From Octopus sinensis (Eukaryota), in the NCBI RefSeq assembly GCF_006345805.1, contig NC_042998.1, positions 21,514,001 to 21,578,000 on the forward strand: DNA of 64,000 nt. Direction: 5' to 3'. The notes under the pieces were generated by a model. That model was given only the letters and a program-made list of their open reading frames with translations. It had not been told where the DNA came from and made no database searches. Shown in pieces: positions 25,545 through 39,295 of this stretch. Position numbers and translations under genes: made by a program. Within the stretch, counting starts at the first letter, position 1, and every line of letters starts with the position of its first letter.

Positions 25545-25835
25545 TGAGAGAGAGATCAATAAACACATCCATAACACCACAAATCCTTTGAAATCTGCCA
25601 TAGTCAGAGCAATGTCCAAAATGAACCAGGACCACTTGATTCGAGCATGTAGAGGATTTAGATCTCATATAGAAGCAGTTGTTGAAGATGAAGACAGCTT
25701 TATTGAACAACATTATAGAAAAGAAAGTTTAGATTTATCCTCATATTATTTTTTGACAAATATATTTATTATTTGTTATATATTTGCTTCTTTTATAAAC
25801 ATAAATCTGTCCTTAATTATCTTACGCACACTGAA
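25545..25835 (+). mobile_element. maT (DD37D-like) mariner 3' end
   Basis: LKSAIVRAMSKMNQDHLIRACRGFRSHIEAVV; terminal gtccttaattatcttacgcacactg; longer paralog at 46340-47101. Confidence 0.8.
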
Positions 25836-25842
25836 TATAATA

Positions 25843-25873
<31 letters not shown>

Positions 25874-25879
25874 GTAGTA

Positions 25880-26035
25880 GTAGTAGTAACAGAAAGAAGG
25901 AATTTCGAGTATCCCCATGTGGTGAGTTGTAATATATATAAGAAATTAAAAAAGGAAAATACGCACACTTCACATAGTTTTAATATAAGTTTTAATATAT
26001 CGACCGGTTTCGCAATCGCTATTCATGATATGTTT
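25880..26035 (-). mobile_element. PLE pLTR-like short repeat with A3:U8 hammerhead (paralog 47295-47450)
   Basis: Same repeat as 12120-12240/13869-13925, 31899-32058 and 54930-55097; ends in a microsatellite. Confidence 0.75.
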
Positions 26036-26372
26036 TACTTACTTGAATATGTATTTTCTAAGGAGAAATTTTGTCCATGTAATTTACGAGTGATTCACTC
26101 ATAAATATCATCAACAACTGGCTCTCTTATTTGATGTACTTTGTTTTAACAGCACTAAGAGTTATCAAGAAACCAATTGATCCAGGGATATCAATTTTCC
26201 CGTTCTGCGGCTTTCTGTCGTTATAATGTGTTAATTTCTTTCAAATTTAAGCAAATTGTCATAAGAAAATTTACAGTCAGCAACCAGCATATAACATTTG
26301 TTGATTAATTAGATATATGAGGAATGTACACTTTGAAATATCGCTTGTGGAATCTAATTTCTTTTTTTACAG

Positions 26373-26722
26373 ATAACACAAAACTTGCTGAGCGGAACGA
26401 TGAACCACCTGGATACTATGAGTACCATGGATACACAACTGATTTCTATAATGCTTCGACATCTGGACATTCCGAACAACCTGGGTATCTACCATCAACA
26501 GCATATACACCACACTCCGAATATCCACCACCACCAGCATATACACCACAACCCGAAAATACACCACTATCCGAATATCCACCACAGTCCGGATGTCCAC
26601 TACAAACGGGTTATCCACCACTACCTGGATACCCGTCAGAACCATCACCTGTCCTACAACAACCATCACAACAACAACAACAGCAACAACTACAAAGACA
26701 ACAACAGCAAGAGTCTGATACT
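26373..26722 (+). CDS. G2 exon 2: Pro/Tyr/Gln-rich cytoplasmic N-terminus
   Basis: ttttttacag acceptor (phase 1) and gtaagc donor (phase 0): (Y)NTKLAERNDEPPGYYEY...GYPSEPSPVLQQPSQQQ...ESDT. Confidence 0.88.
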
Positions 26723-27369
26723 GTAAGCAAATATTTTTTTGTTTCATTTTACGTCTTTATTATTCTTCAAGCATTTATCCTAAACAGAGATCTTATCTGT
26801 AGCAAGTTTTAGTCATCAAAAGGTGAATATTCTAGGAAATCCTCTTTAAGAGATTTTAGCCATTCATATCATTATATGGAGCAGAATAAATGATTTAGAA
26901 CGATAATGGTAACAGTAGCAAAGGGAGTACCTGGCTTGGAAGATATATACACACGAATATATGCATGTGTGCGTGTGTGTTTGTGTGCGTGTATGCACGT
27001 ATGTGCGCTTGTGTGCGTTTATGTATGTGGGCGCTCAGGTGCATGCATACACGCATGTACGCTTATGTCTGTGTATGTGTGTGTGTATGTTTGCATGTGA
27101 GTATGAATGCATGAAGGGCTGTCTCAAATATTCCATCAGCTAAATTCAACTCACAAAATATTTGTCAACTCAAAACTATGGTACAGCCTAGCTTCCTCTT
27201 CTGCAAGTTATGGTGCAGCAGGATCAAACCTGGAGACGTCTGCAGGGAATTTCTTAACTACAAAGTGATGTGTTCACATACAAACGTAACATCATTTCTT
27301 GTGGTCGTCTCACATCTTTCCCTCTCGTTCAGAACACCTACTACAAAATATAATGATTACTATGGTTTA

Positions 27370-27720
27370 GAAGGAAACGTGTATTCCGCTTGACCATGCT
27401 ACCTTGTAAGAACCTGGAGATCACAGAAGAGATCTTATGTATTTCAAGGGCATTGAGTAGCCTTGAGTGTTGGACACTATCAAACGCTTTCCGTAGTTAT
27501 CCATCTATATTCAGGTTCTCCTTGTTGTTTCGGCAATTCTCTACAAAATGAATTCCTCTTATAACCTTTTGTAGCGTGTGGAAGGATAGATTTCCGTTCC
27601 AAGTAATTGTATATTCTTTAGGCTAGTATGTATGTGATGATCTTGTAGGTGGTCTTCAGATATGTAATTGGGCTGCAGTTCTTTGGATTTTTCCTCTTGC
27701 AATTTCATCGAAAACTCATA
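27370..27720 (-). mobile_element. R4/Dong RT fragment (paralog about 49790-50150)
   Basis: KNCSPITYLKTTYKI...RIYNYLE and KAFDSVQHSRLLNALEIHKI resemble early RT motifs of R4 elements. Confidence 0.7.
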
Positions 27721-28274
27721 TATCCGCCCATAAAAATTCCATCCCTCTATTGCTACATTCCACTTTGGAGATCTATTGACATGGTTGGTCCTTCTCTGTG
27801 ACGTCCTGATACCTAATTGAGCGGTAACAATTTTAGCAGTGAAATAAATACGGTTATTAAACATTGTTTGGGCAGTTCCTTTATTACTAAAAACTTGTCT
27901 AAGATTAACACTCTATATCATGATCATGTTGCTATTTTTAATGTTGCTTCTAAAAATTAGCATGTTCACAACGATGAATGGAGAGTTGCATGTAAAGGTA
28001 ATTATTCAATTTACGTACTTACTTAGTGCGTTGTACCAAGTTACCTTGTGTTGAGATATCACGCATTTAAAAAAGAAACTACACTTTACGTAACGAAAAT
28101 CCTTCCGAATTTTTCATTGCTGTATCACGATGTTTTCCTTCCATTGCACCGTCGTTGCTGGATTAAGTTTGCTTTGTGGAGAGATCTTCTTAGTGTTCGT
28201 CCAAGTTGTGCTCCTCATCATCATAAACATCCCTAGATAATTATATTAACTTTTTTTATATGTTCTCTTTCCAG

Positions 28275-28382
28275 ACAGAAGACCAACTAAAAGAATCTGT
28301 AATTAACATAAGACGAACAATTATTGCTACTCTTTTCTGTTGTTTTCCATCAGGTATTGTTGCTCTTGTTAGTGCAGTTAAA
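28275..28382 (+). CDS. G2 exon 3: CD225 intramembrane segment
   Basis: ttccag acceptor, gtaagt donor, 108 nt: TEDQLKESVINIRRTIIATLFCCFPSGIVALVSAVK. Confidence 0.92.
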
Positions 28383-28440
28383 GTAAGTAAATACGAACAT
28401 TTCTTGCAAGAACTTCTGTTTATTCGCATACTTTTTATCC

Positions 28441-29290
28441 AACCGTGGCTGTATGTGAAGAAATATGCTTACCAACCACATGGTTCCGGGTTCGGTTCTA
28501 CTGCACCTGGAGTAAGTGATCTGTACAATGGACAGGTGCTGATCAAAGCCATGTAAACGGATTAAGCAGATGAAAACTGAAAGAAACCCATCATGCACAC
28601 AAATACATACACACATGTATATATATATACATAACAACACGTGAACGTGTGTATGTGTATATGTGTGAGTGTGTGGAAAAGAAAGAGAGTATCTATGTTT
28701 GTGTTTGTCAAATACAACCATAGATAACCGATGTTGGTGTGCTTACGTTCTCGTAGCTTTTCGGCAAAAGAAATGATAAAATAAGTACCGGCCGTAAAAA
28801 TAAAATATGTACAGGTGTCGATCCGTTCAACTAGAATTCTTCAAGGCGATGCTCCAGCATGGCCGCAGTCTAGTAACAGAAACAAATACTATACCCTGCA
28901 AACTATTGTTAATTACTATATAAATTGCCAACATATAAGGGGGTGTTTCGCATTGCGCTTATGGCAGATGAAACATTGGCCTAAAAATTATATTTTGTAG
29001 TAGGGGTCTGAATGAAAGGGAAAGATGTGAGACGACCACCAAAAATGGCCAAGCAAAAGTCTACGGTCACTTCACCTAAACAAATCAAGATACAGTGTTT
29101 CAAAACAGAAAAATGTCTACAATGGAAATTTATTATATAATGTTCTTTTCAAGAAGTTACTGTTGATATTTCGTGTGGCTACTCCTCACCTTGAATGATT
29201 GCTTCAATGCACTTAGGAAGAGATGTGTACAAATCCTTCACCATCTTCACAGGCATTTGATGTCATTCTCTGTGGCTGATCTCCCACAAC
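28441..29290. mobile_element. SINE family 2 (28441-28885,+) plus Tc1 terminal fragment (28886-29290); paralogs at 50861-51730
   Basis: Collinear with 5004-5890 of the G1 unit. Confidence 0.75.
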
Positions 29291-30121
29291 ACTTCAAGAT
29301 TGAGTTGTCTCTTTGTGGTTGAGTCATAGACTGTTTGAGGTTCCCTCATGGAGTTGGTACGCATTTAGTTGATGGAGATTATAGAGGGGAAGCATAATTA
29401 AAGGCCCTAAACAACACCAAACGAACATCATGATCATAATAGTTGTGAAAATGGTTCTTATATAAAGGCTCACCTCTAATGCGTGTTTGCTCCATTATGT
29501 CTAACAATAACCGTTTCAAGTATTCCAAACACAGCAGTCTTATTTTAACTCATCTTTAATATCTGTCAACTCACCATATCATTGTAAATAAGGTTTCTAT
29601 TAATCCAGTCTACAGAAAATAGCTTTAACCCCTAAGTAGCAACTAGCTAAGAAACAGCATGGCATTTAACAGCGTTGATAAAACACCTGCTTTTATAAGA
29701 ACAATGGTTATGAAACTGACGAAATATCACTTCGCCACCCCCGGAACCACACACACACTACAAAAATATTGGTAGTATTTGTGGTCATACCAGCTCCCCT
29801 CCATCCACTCCTTTATTAAGAAGAAATTCTATTGTTCATCCATATAATTCCATATAATTGCTACGACGCATAAAATATTTAGCAGTATTTTGTCTGTTTT
29901 TACGTTCTGAGTTCATATTACTTCTGGTCTACTTTGCCTTTCATCCTTTAGGGATACATAAAATAAGTAATTGTTTGAGTACTGAGATCGATGTAATTCA
30001 CTTACACACTCCTCCGAAATTGCTGGCCTTGTGACAAATTTAGAAATCAACATATTTGCTGTTGTTCAGTTTTATTGACGTGCTTTAAATATGAACTAAT
30101 TCTTGTCTTTCTATCTTCTAG

Positions 30122-30265
30122 GCATACAAAATGGCCAAAAATGGAAATTTAGAAGGTGCAACCCGCGCAAACAATACTGCAAAACAATTCATCAAACTAT
30201 CACATTTTGCTGCTTTTCTTGCGTATATTTTGTATGTGATTTTAATCCTCATTAACTTTACTTAA
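30122..30265 (+). CDS. G2 exon 4: CD225 loop + C-terminal TM; spliced protein 203 aa
   Basis: AYKMAKNGNLEGATRANNTAKQFIKLSHFAAFLAYILYVILILINFT*; all four exons join in frame with GT-AG introns. Confidence 0.92.
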   Translation, partial: AYKMAKNGNLEGATRANNTAKQFIKLSHFAAFLAYILYVILILINFT

Positions 30266-30440
30266 AAATTCACTAGATAATGATATATACTGACCGGTGA
30301 AATCTAGCACTTCAGCCTGATAGCAAGAACCCATAAAGCAGTAAAATTATGAGAGTATGGAGATATTCCTGAACCTATTGTACCATTCCTTCACTCCAAT
30401 TTAATCACCCACGAAATCAACGGGTAATTTGGGTTAATAT

Positions 30441-30659
30441 TTTTTCTTTATTGCACACAAGGGGCTAAACATAGAGAGGAAAAAGAAGGACAGACAAAGG
30501 GATTAAGTCGATTACATCGACCCCAGTGCGAAACTGGTACTTTATTTATCGAACCCGAAATGATAAAAGGCAAAGTCGGCCTCGGCGGAATTTGAACTCA
30601 GACGAAATACCGGTAGGCATTTCGCCCGGCGCGCTAACGTTCCTGCCAGCTCGCCGCCT
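30441..30659 (-). mobile_element. SINE family 1 downstream of the G2 stop (paralog 52852-53070)
   Basis: TSD atttgggttaa(t/a)at at 30427-30440 and 30663-30676; shared by G2/G3, absent from G1. Confidence 0.9.
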
Positions 30660-31544
30660 GCTATTTGGGTTAAAATCGGTTTAAATATTTCTTGTTATCA
30701 TGTCAAACAATGGGAAGTGGAGTTCACAACAAACATACTAATATTATTTTGCAGACACGAAAGTAAACCTTCAACGCAGTAAGTCTGTAAGGACGGCAGC
30801 TAAAGACTTATAGCACGAAAGAAAGAAAAATCTTTGCCAGCGGCTATCTAGAGGACTCGAACTCGCACCGCCTAGATATTGTCTACCGACAATACCATTA
30901 CGCTGGACAGCACCGCGCGGTAAATTATCGTCAAATTAAAAGCTACTTCGAATGCAATAACACTTTACAAACAAACTTTGCTATTCTGCACACCAGAAAA
31001 TAATGATTTTATTGTACTATCGTCTGTAGAATAATATCTGAAAGTGTTTTCCGTTAATAAAATTCAATATTTTAAATAATGAATTTTATAACAAAATAGT
31101 AGTTGTTTAAAATTTTAGATACATCGATAAATCAACTGGTATATTCTATGACGAGCGACAGCAGCAGTATTAATGGCAACAACAATAACTACTACTACTA
31201 ATACTGCAGCTGTGTCTGCTGTTGCTACTATTGCGACTAATGCAACTACGTGCCAGACACTCAAGTGGAAAGGCACTAACAAGAAATATGGGCAGATATA
31301 GACTTCATCAACCGAGACTGATCAAAAGACGTTGCCCAGGTGCAATTCGTAAAGGTGACCCTCGTAGTAAATCATTCTGCTGACTTCTGTAGAAATGAAG
31401 AATTTGCTCTTATTCCCACTTACCTTAGAAAACGGAGAGCGAGGATAAATATATCCGGTGTGCCACCGGATGTGGTCATCTAGTGAGTAGTGGTTTGCGA
31501 AGATCTGGCGGTAAGTGATATTCTCCTGAACGTTAGGAAATATA

Positions 31545-31776
31545 TATTTATTTACTACCCACAAGGGGCTAAACATAGAGAGGACAAACAAGGACAGACA
31601 AACAGATTAAGTCGATTACATCGACCCCAGTGCGAAACTGGTACTTTATTTATCGATCCCGAAAGGATGAAAGGCAAAGTCGACCTCGGCGGAATTTGAA
31701 CTCAGAACGTAACGAGAGACGATATAGCGCTAAGCATTTCGCCCGGCGCGCTAACGTTTCTGCCAGCTCATCGCCT
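31545..31776 (-). mobile_element. SINE family 1 (paralog 53975-54205)
   Basis: Full head and core; TSD acgtta(g/t)gaaatata intact in the G3-unit copy. Confidence 0.9.
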
Positions 31777-32056
31777 TGTACGTTGATTCGGAACAGGACT
31801 GGGAGATTTATTAGACGAATCTAGAACAGCTGGTAAAAAGATCTTCACTTATTACAGCTCACAAACAAAGCAGACATTCACGTCACGCCACACACGACAT
31901 GAATAGTGAAAGCGAAACCGGTCGACAAGCACAATAAATGATATATTAAAGATTATATTAAAACTATGTAATGTGGGAGCATTTTTCTTCTTTAATTTCA
32001 TATATATATTACAATTCACCACTCGGGGATAATCAAAATCCCTCCTTTTCTGTTAC

Positions 32057-32130
<74 letters not shown>

Positions 32131-32154
32131 TTCTATGTAGAAGACGACTTTTCT

Positions 32155-32940
32155 TTAAAGCTCCTCGTAGAATGACATAAACTAGCCTGCTTTCTGAATG
32201 CAATTTTTTCCGACGAGAGTTCCGGACCCCAGTAATGAATTCATTTGCATATAGCCAATCGGAGCTCACCATGACCTTGTTGTCAAGTTAACAAACACAC
32301 TCCATCATTTAATCGCAAGACTAAGAAACGAGTTGAAGTCGAACGATCTCCAGCTTCTGCCTGGTTTTTGGAGGCAAATAATTAGATTGATTTGCATCCA
32401 TACCTATTATCGGATTTTGTTAGAGCCCCGTAAGTTAAAGATGTGGATGTGAAAAATATGGATTGGGGGTGATGTACTAGCAACCCTCTCCCCTCACTGA
32501 TTTACAAAGTAAGCAAGGACACAAATAACTATGCAGAGGCAGCCATGGTTGAAACTAGAACAATATCAAAAATCATTATTAAAAGGGAAAAGAAGCATGG
32601 TGATTCCTTACCCAACTGACCTTATCGTATCGTCCATCACTTGTTATGCGTCCATAAACTTGTTTGATTGTTGAGCTCTGGTTGGCTGTATGAAGACGAG
32701 TTTATAACTGGGATCCGGAACTCTCGTGTGAAAAAGAAATCGCTTCCCGTACACTTGATAAGTAAATTCTATCCCGAGTGGTATTACTAGATATTCGCTA
32801 CGGTGCATATGTAGGAGATATAAGGGTAAACACCAGTTTATATCATAGTTTCTTGGCGCATTTCACATTTTCACCATTAGGATTGTTTGAAACCCAACGA
32901 TTAGATGGTCGACACTTATCTGCAGCTTAATATTCTCGGA
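32155..32940. mobile_element. Putative non-autonomous DNA element with internal 64-bp imperfect inverted repeat (paralog 55224-55980)
   Basis: 32204-32267 is approximately the reverse complement of 32673-32735; termini uncertain. Confidence 0.4.
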
Positions 32941-33670
32941 TCATTTGTTAGTTTTGGGCATCTAAAATGCATTCTAAACACTAAATGCTGGGCTCCAAAC
33001 GTGCATAACGTTGGAACACGCGTAAGAACGATAATATAAACTTGCATTTGTCCTTAGGCCTTTCACTCCTATTTATACACACACACGCACATACAAACAG
33101 TCAAACAATTATATCTTAAATACAATATGTAAACAACGTGTTTGTACGCTAATTTGTAAATAATATACATGCGTACGCTTAGAAAAACAAGAAAAAAAAC
33201 ATTTAACATTATTTTGCTGCTCATTATTAATTCATGAGTAAAGTCTATTTCGTTCGACAAAGATAGAAACGTAGCAAGAAAGGTAGAGAGAGAGGAGAGA
33301 GAGTTTTTAACTACTTATATGGATACTGCAATGAGTAATACACACAGTGATGCATACAAATACACATACACACACTCACATAAATACATCGTTCCGAATT
33401 TAGTCCCAGTGCATGACACCTTCGGGTCGGGTCGACCAAAGCCTTGTGAGTAGATTTGGTAGGCAGAAACAGAAAGAAGCCCGGCGTATATATATATAGA
33501 GAACAATCTCGAGTATAACCAGCCGAAATTGCAAAGATAATCTGGAACTCGGCTGAGGATCCATCTTTGTTTTCCTTGTATCGTCTGTCTGGATATTTTG
33601 TTGTCCCTTTTTTGTTTCACCTAATCGTATGAATGTTTTGCGTTCTTGTCCCATTTTTGTATATATATAT

Positions 33671-33858
33671 AATAGCTGACGGTGACCCGCTCTACGCGCG
33701 GGTAAGAGTGTGGTATATATATATATAAATGTATGAGAGAGGACTGAAAAATGAAATATTTTCAAACATAAACATGATTTGTTTTAAGAGAAAGCATCTC
33801 ATGATTGTGTGGTGTTGATGGTGGCGATGATAATTCTCTTTATGAATGCAGACAGACG

Positions 33859-33928
<70 letters not shown>

Positions 33929-34756
33929 CAGCGCTGGCGAAAGAACGATAGTAGACGTATTTAAATGACGTTAACCTAGGCCACTGGCATCCTCATTTTA
34001 CATGTGCCTGTAAATTTTGGAGTTAATCCGACGGGATGTAGTGGCCTTTAACCCCGCAAAAATAAATAATATCTGTTACCTTTCTGAAAGACCTAAAGTA
34101 GGAATATTTAAACTTTTGCGGCTGTCATTGAGAGACGCGTTGCAGAAGCAAGAGAGACGGCGGAGGTGCCACAAATCGTTATAGAGAGAGAGAAAAAGGA
34201 GAGAAGGGGAAAAAGGGAGAGATCGAGAAAGAAAAGGTGATATATGAAAGAGAGGACTGAAAAATTAAATATTTTGAAACCTAAACATGATAGAGAAAGA
34301 CAGGCAGACAATAGAATGCGATGGCGAGATTCATAATATTTGTTCTCATGATTGTGTGGTGGTGTGTGTGGCGATCATAATTCTCTCTATGAATGCAGAC
34401 AGCGAGATATAGAATGCCGTTTGGCGAAGTTATAAAGAGAAAGTGAAGGGGAGTTAGACGCCGTTATCGACGTTATATATAGAAAGTGATGGGGAGAGAA
34501 AATAGAGTGAGTGAGTGAGGGAGGAAGACAGATACATAAAAGAATGAGAATCGACTTGTCAAAGTGAGTTTTTGTCCCTAGCAACGACACCTTTTAAGAT
34601 AGGGATTTCTAACCGAACCCACTGGCATCCCCACCTCATTTTACATGTCCCTGTAAATTTTGGAGATAATCCGACGGGATCTAGTGGCCTTTAAACCGTT
34701 CCAGACAAACAAACAAACAAACAATCTTTTCGCATTTCAGTTTTATAAATAGAGAT
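33671..34756 (+). mobile_element. Helentron/Helitron-like non-autonomous element, G2-unit specific
   Basis: 5' AATAGCTGAC..CCCGCTCTACGCGCGGG hairpin and 3' ACAAACAAAC..TTTCGCATTTCAGTTTTATAAATAGAGAT; internal duplicated blocks; empty (TA)n site at about 56720. Confidence 0.8.
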
Positions 34757-34759
34757 ATA

Positions 34760-35550
34760 TAAGAAAATTTCCGAGAGGGAAGTTTCGGAAAATTTACACA
34801 ATCTCACATTTTCTCTCGTAACTTTCAGGAAGACGGGTATTTTTTCATAAAAATTTATTCAAATCCATTTCAAACGACATAGATTACAATTATAAAAAAA
34901 TTTGTTGGGGAAATTTTTTAGGAGATTTTCCCCATTTTTTTCTTAAACCACAGCCTTCGAAATGATGGAGTTTGAGCATTTTCGATAAAATCAAAAACAT
35001 TGTTATATTTTCAAAGGGAAAAGTCAGTGATTTAATGTTGTTTTGGCTGTTGTTTCTAGCACATGCAAACAAAAACTCTCCTCGTTTCTGTATCACACTC
35101 GCATGTATTGATGTTTTTCAATATTTTTTCTCCATAAATAAAAATTATATGCTACAAAACGAAAATTTGAGAAATTATGAAGTTTTTACAAACACACTTT
35201 CTACCTCCGATTAAAATATTGAAGAGCCTGAGAAGGTCGTTGCTGGTATTTATCCATAATGATTTGAAAAATTTACGGAGAAGTATTCGCATGTCAAGTG
35301 ACTTGATCTGAGAATGTGTGCTGAAACAAAACAATTACAACGTGGAGGATGTTTGAAAGCCTTTCAAAAACACGCAAAAATAATTAGTTTCACTTTAACA
35401 TTAAAATTTCATCTGTGTCAAAACATTTTAGTCGCATTGAAGCCGAGTCCGATCCACTACAAAAACTTCACAAAAGTGATACAAACAAAGTTTTTTCAGT
35501 GAACATCAATCACACACTCACACACGCATTCATTGCCTTTTATTTGCATT
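34760..35550 (+). mobile_element. Second HINE-like repeat (paralog 56726-57500)
   Basis: 5' hairpin aaatttccga...tcggaaaattt and 3' cacacactcacacacgcattcattgccttttattt; classification tentative. Confidence 0.45.
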
Positions 35551-38065
35551 ACACCCAAACCTAACAGCACCTCTCCGCTTGTTCCGACCTAGAGCATCAT
35601 TTTCCCGATCACTTTTGTTCATATCTAGTTTCTTCAGGTTTTCCTTCACACAGTCTTTATAACTTTTCTTCGGCTTATGTTGTGGTCACTTACCAGAGTT
35701 GAGCTCACCATAAAAAAGATGCTTTAGCAAACGCTCGAATTTCATTCTAATAACATGTCCAGTTCATCTCATTTTCAGCCAAGGTAACATGCTGTTCAAT
35801 TGAGCTGCAACGTACCATGCGCAAAACCTCTGTATGTGGTATGGAACATTGCTTGACTCCTAAGATACGTCTGAGGCACTTTTGATGAAATCTCTCCAGC
35901 ATTTGTATGTGATGCTTGTAAGTGGTCCATGTCTCACTTGAATAAAGAAGTGCAGACAATACACACACTATATAGACACTGATTTTTGTCTGCAGGGAAA
36001 TGCCTCTATCCGCCCATACTCGCTTTTAGAGCTTTCCAAAATGTAACACCTCCCTTCCCTATTCGATTGTATATCTCTGCATCAAGACGACCATCTCTTG
36101 ACAGTGTACTTCTTAGGTAAACAAAGGAATCAACGACTTCTAACATTGTTCCATTCACAAAAATATTTGGTTCAGAATATGTTTGTTCTGGCACGGGACT
36201 AAACATTACTTTGGTTTTCCCCAAATGTACATAAGCAGTGGAAAACCTCTCCATTAAATGTTGCATATCCCCCTCTGATTGTGCCCACAAATCAGCATCA
36301 TCAACATAAAGAAATTCTCTAAGTAGTATTTTGAAAGTATTTGCAGTGAAACCGGTTCGAATTAAAAATGCGACCAGACATCTGAAATCTGGTTCTGATT
36401 CTCCTGCTGCAATCCTTGAAAGTAAAGGGTAAAGACCCCCTTCGGTCATGAATGACCATGGGATTGCACCTAGAAAGTTACCCTCCTAGACACAAGTCCG
36501 GGCACGGTTGTTTATGGAAGACCAGCAGTCGCCCATGCATACCAGCTTCCCCTCTCCACGCCACCAGTGTTATCCAAGGGAAAGACAAAGGTCGATACAG
36601 CTTGGCACCAGTGACGTCGCAACTCATTTCTACAGCTGAGTGAACTGGAGCAACGTGAAATAAAGTGCCTTGCTCAAGAACACAACACTCAGCCCGGTCC
36701 GGGATTCGAGCTCACAACCTCACGATCGTAAGCTTGACGCTCTAACCACTGAGCCATGCGCCTTGAAAGTATACCAAAGTAATGCAGCAAAATAAATAGA
36801 GAAAAGAGTAGGGGCAGGAATGTCTCCCTGTTAGACACTGTTGTCCTCCGACAAATCATGAGATGGATCACCATTAAAGACTGCCCGAGCTTTCATGTTC
36901 CTGTGTAGTTTTATAAAAATGCTCACAAAATGTGTTGGACATCCAAGTCTACACAAAACAATCCACAGTGCCTTCCTGTTTGCCGTGTCAAATGCCTTAG
37001 TTAAATCTATGAAGACCTTGTATAGTGGCATTTGTTCCACTAAGCATTTCTCTTGAACCTGCCTCACAGAAAATATCATGTCCATGGTTCCTCGTTCGGG
37101 TCTGAAACCACATTGTTCTTCAGGAATCACATGCAGACACACATTCTTAACAAGATGATCTAACATGATCCTTCGAAGTATCTTCCCGGTATGTACCAGA
37201 AGAATTGTCACTCTAGAATTACCACACACTACTTTGGGGCCCTTGCCTTTGTATACAGAGATTAGAATGACTTTTAATCATTCTTGTGGGACAGAAATCT
37301 TGTAAGTCAGCTTTCCGATGCAACCCATTGTTGTTCACCTTCCCTATTCCATAACGCCCAAGTACCTTCCAAGCACTATAGTTTCTACCTACACGTGCAT
37401 TAAAGTCACCAAGCACAACCAACTTCTCATTCTAAGGGACTCACAGAATACTTCTTCTAAGCTCCTCATAAAACACATGGATATTTTCGTCACCAGCTGA
37501 AAGTGTAAGGGCATAAATAGAGAAAACAGTTACAAAACGTCCACAAGAAAGAGGGATCTGGAGTTTAATTATGCGTGTATTTATGCTTTGTGGTTGTTCT
37601 GGGTCTTTTAGCCAATCACTTCTAATTGCAAACCAAACATCACTTTCCCTTTTCTCTCTCTCCCCGGCTTCCCAACACAGAATAACGTGAACCTGCCGCT
37701 CTTTCGACAAGATGATCTTCATCTAAACATCTTGTTTCAGAAAGAGCTGCAATATCAAGATTAAGACGCCTTAGCTCCTTAGTTACTAGAGCTGTTCTTC
37801 TCTCAGGTCTATCTGCTCGATCTAAAAGAGTTCTCACATTCCAACAGACCAGGTTAAGAGAAACCTTATTCCTCGCATACTTGCAATAATTATTTTCATC
37901 AATTCTTTGTTCATTCCTGCTAAACTGATTCACTGTTAGCCACAGTAAACTTACCAGCAGAGAGAAGTCAGACAATTTTAGTGCACCTTTTCTAGCACTT
38001 TACCAATTTATCCAGGTAAGCAGTATTCTCCTTAAAAGGGCTGCTCAGACGCAGGATTCTCTACC
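35551..38065 (-). mobile_element. RTE-clade LINE, internally deleted, dead
   Basis: APE (CWNVRTLLDR...ELRRLNLDIAALSETR; [10 protein letters not shown]), RT (PEEQCGFRPERGT; FIDLTKAFDT; YVDDADL) and C-terminus (LLYSSETW); many frameshifts; APE-RT linker missing. Confidence 0.93.
36425..36763 (-). mobile_element. SINE family 3 (CORE-like), full length, nested in the RTE
   Basis: TSD ccttgaaagta at 36414-36424 and 36761-36771; empty site at about 58365 in the G3 unit. Confidence 0.93.
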
Positions 38066-38279
38066 GAAAACAGTTCTTGCCCATGAAAACTTATTAGCGA
38101 TGTTAAGATAAGAACCCTGCCGGCTTATGTGCAGATTTGTAACTGTATACTTCCAACTGGTCAAATCTGAAAACGTGGCATATATGAATAAATAAATAAA
38201 TTCACAATTAAAACTGTAATAAAGTAAAATAAAAAAAAAAGATATAAATATATACAAATATATAAATGATATATAAATA

Positions 38280-39090
38280 TACTAGCAGAAGTTCCCGGCG
38301 CTGCCCGGGTTAAAGAAAACAATGGATTTTTAAAACGCCATCTAGATTTCGCAGGCCTCAGCTGCTAGTAACTGATATACCAACTTTCTACATTAACAAC
38401 TCTCCAGCCCATGCAAACATGGAACCTAGACGTTAAGTGAAATGTTAAAAGTAAGTTTTCAACATTTATATATGTATATAAAGTAAATACACGTAATTCA
38501 AGAACACATTTTGTGTAGCTTATTTCGTAAACGGAAAACAGGTAGAGATTATAAACAATGAAAGGCCAAATTTTGGCGATTCATTTGACAGAGGAAGTAG
38601 AAAGCCAATCCTATGATAAATCTAATTTTGAATCTTGAAATTGTAGTGTAATCTGCATAATGAACTGCTGGATTATAACTGAAAGCTGCTTCATAAAAGT
38701 TACTTCTCTCAGCTGTTGCAACTGCTCTTCGTTCTGCAGTGGAGATCCTATTCCTTTTCAGCAGTGCATATCTCTGTTCATCACTTTGAGATGCTGTGTC
38801 CTTTGTAATGAACAGTCTCTTCGTTTCTTGGTATGCTTCCTGTTATGCAGATGTCTCTCTTTCCTTGGACAGGGACATTCTTTTGGCTGACCGTGACATT
38901 TTCATTCTAGGGATGGTTATATACGTATACAGAAATACTGGGTTGCAGAAGACAGTAAACAGTGAAAATATTTGGGTAACGGAAATTATATTTCTTAATA
39001 CGATGGGTAAAGCAAGAAATTTTAAAGGAAAATAAAGGATTCAACGGGTTGAAGCGAAATTTGTCATTCAACCAGGGCCAGTATCGAAGG
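38280..39090 (+). mobile_element. HINE-like element (paralog 60027-60838)
   Basis: 5' ACTAGCAGAAGTTCCCGGCGCTGCCCGGG hairpin in a TA-rich site; 3' end unclear. Confidence 0.55.
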
Positions 39091-39094
39091 AACT

Positions 39095-39295
<201 letters not shown>

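Noticed and set aside
26324-26812. ORF-track proteins MYTLKYRLW...CSKF (also 48721-49281) as single-exon genes
   Set aside because: The N- and C-terminal extensions lie beyond clear acceptor and donor sites; only 26373-26722 and 48770-49191 join in frame with the other exons. The H/I-rich and V-rich overlapping ORFs are alternative frames of the repeat.
27178-27393. 71-aa ORF conserved at 49603-49818
   Set aside because: Conservation is explained by the segmental duplication; it overlaps SINE/Tc1/R4 debris, has no recognisable domain and lies in intron 2.
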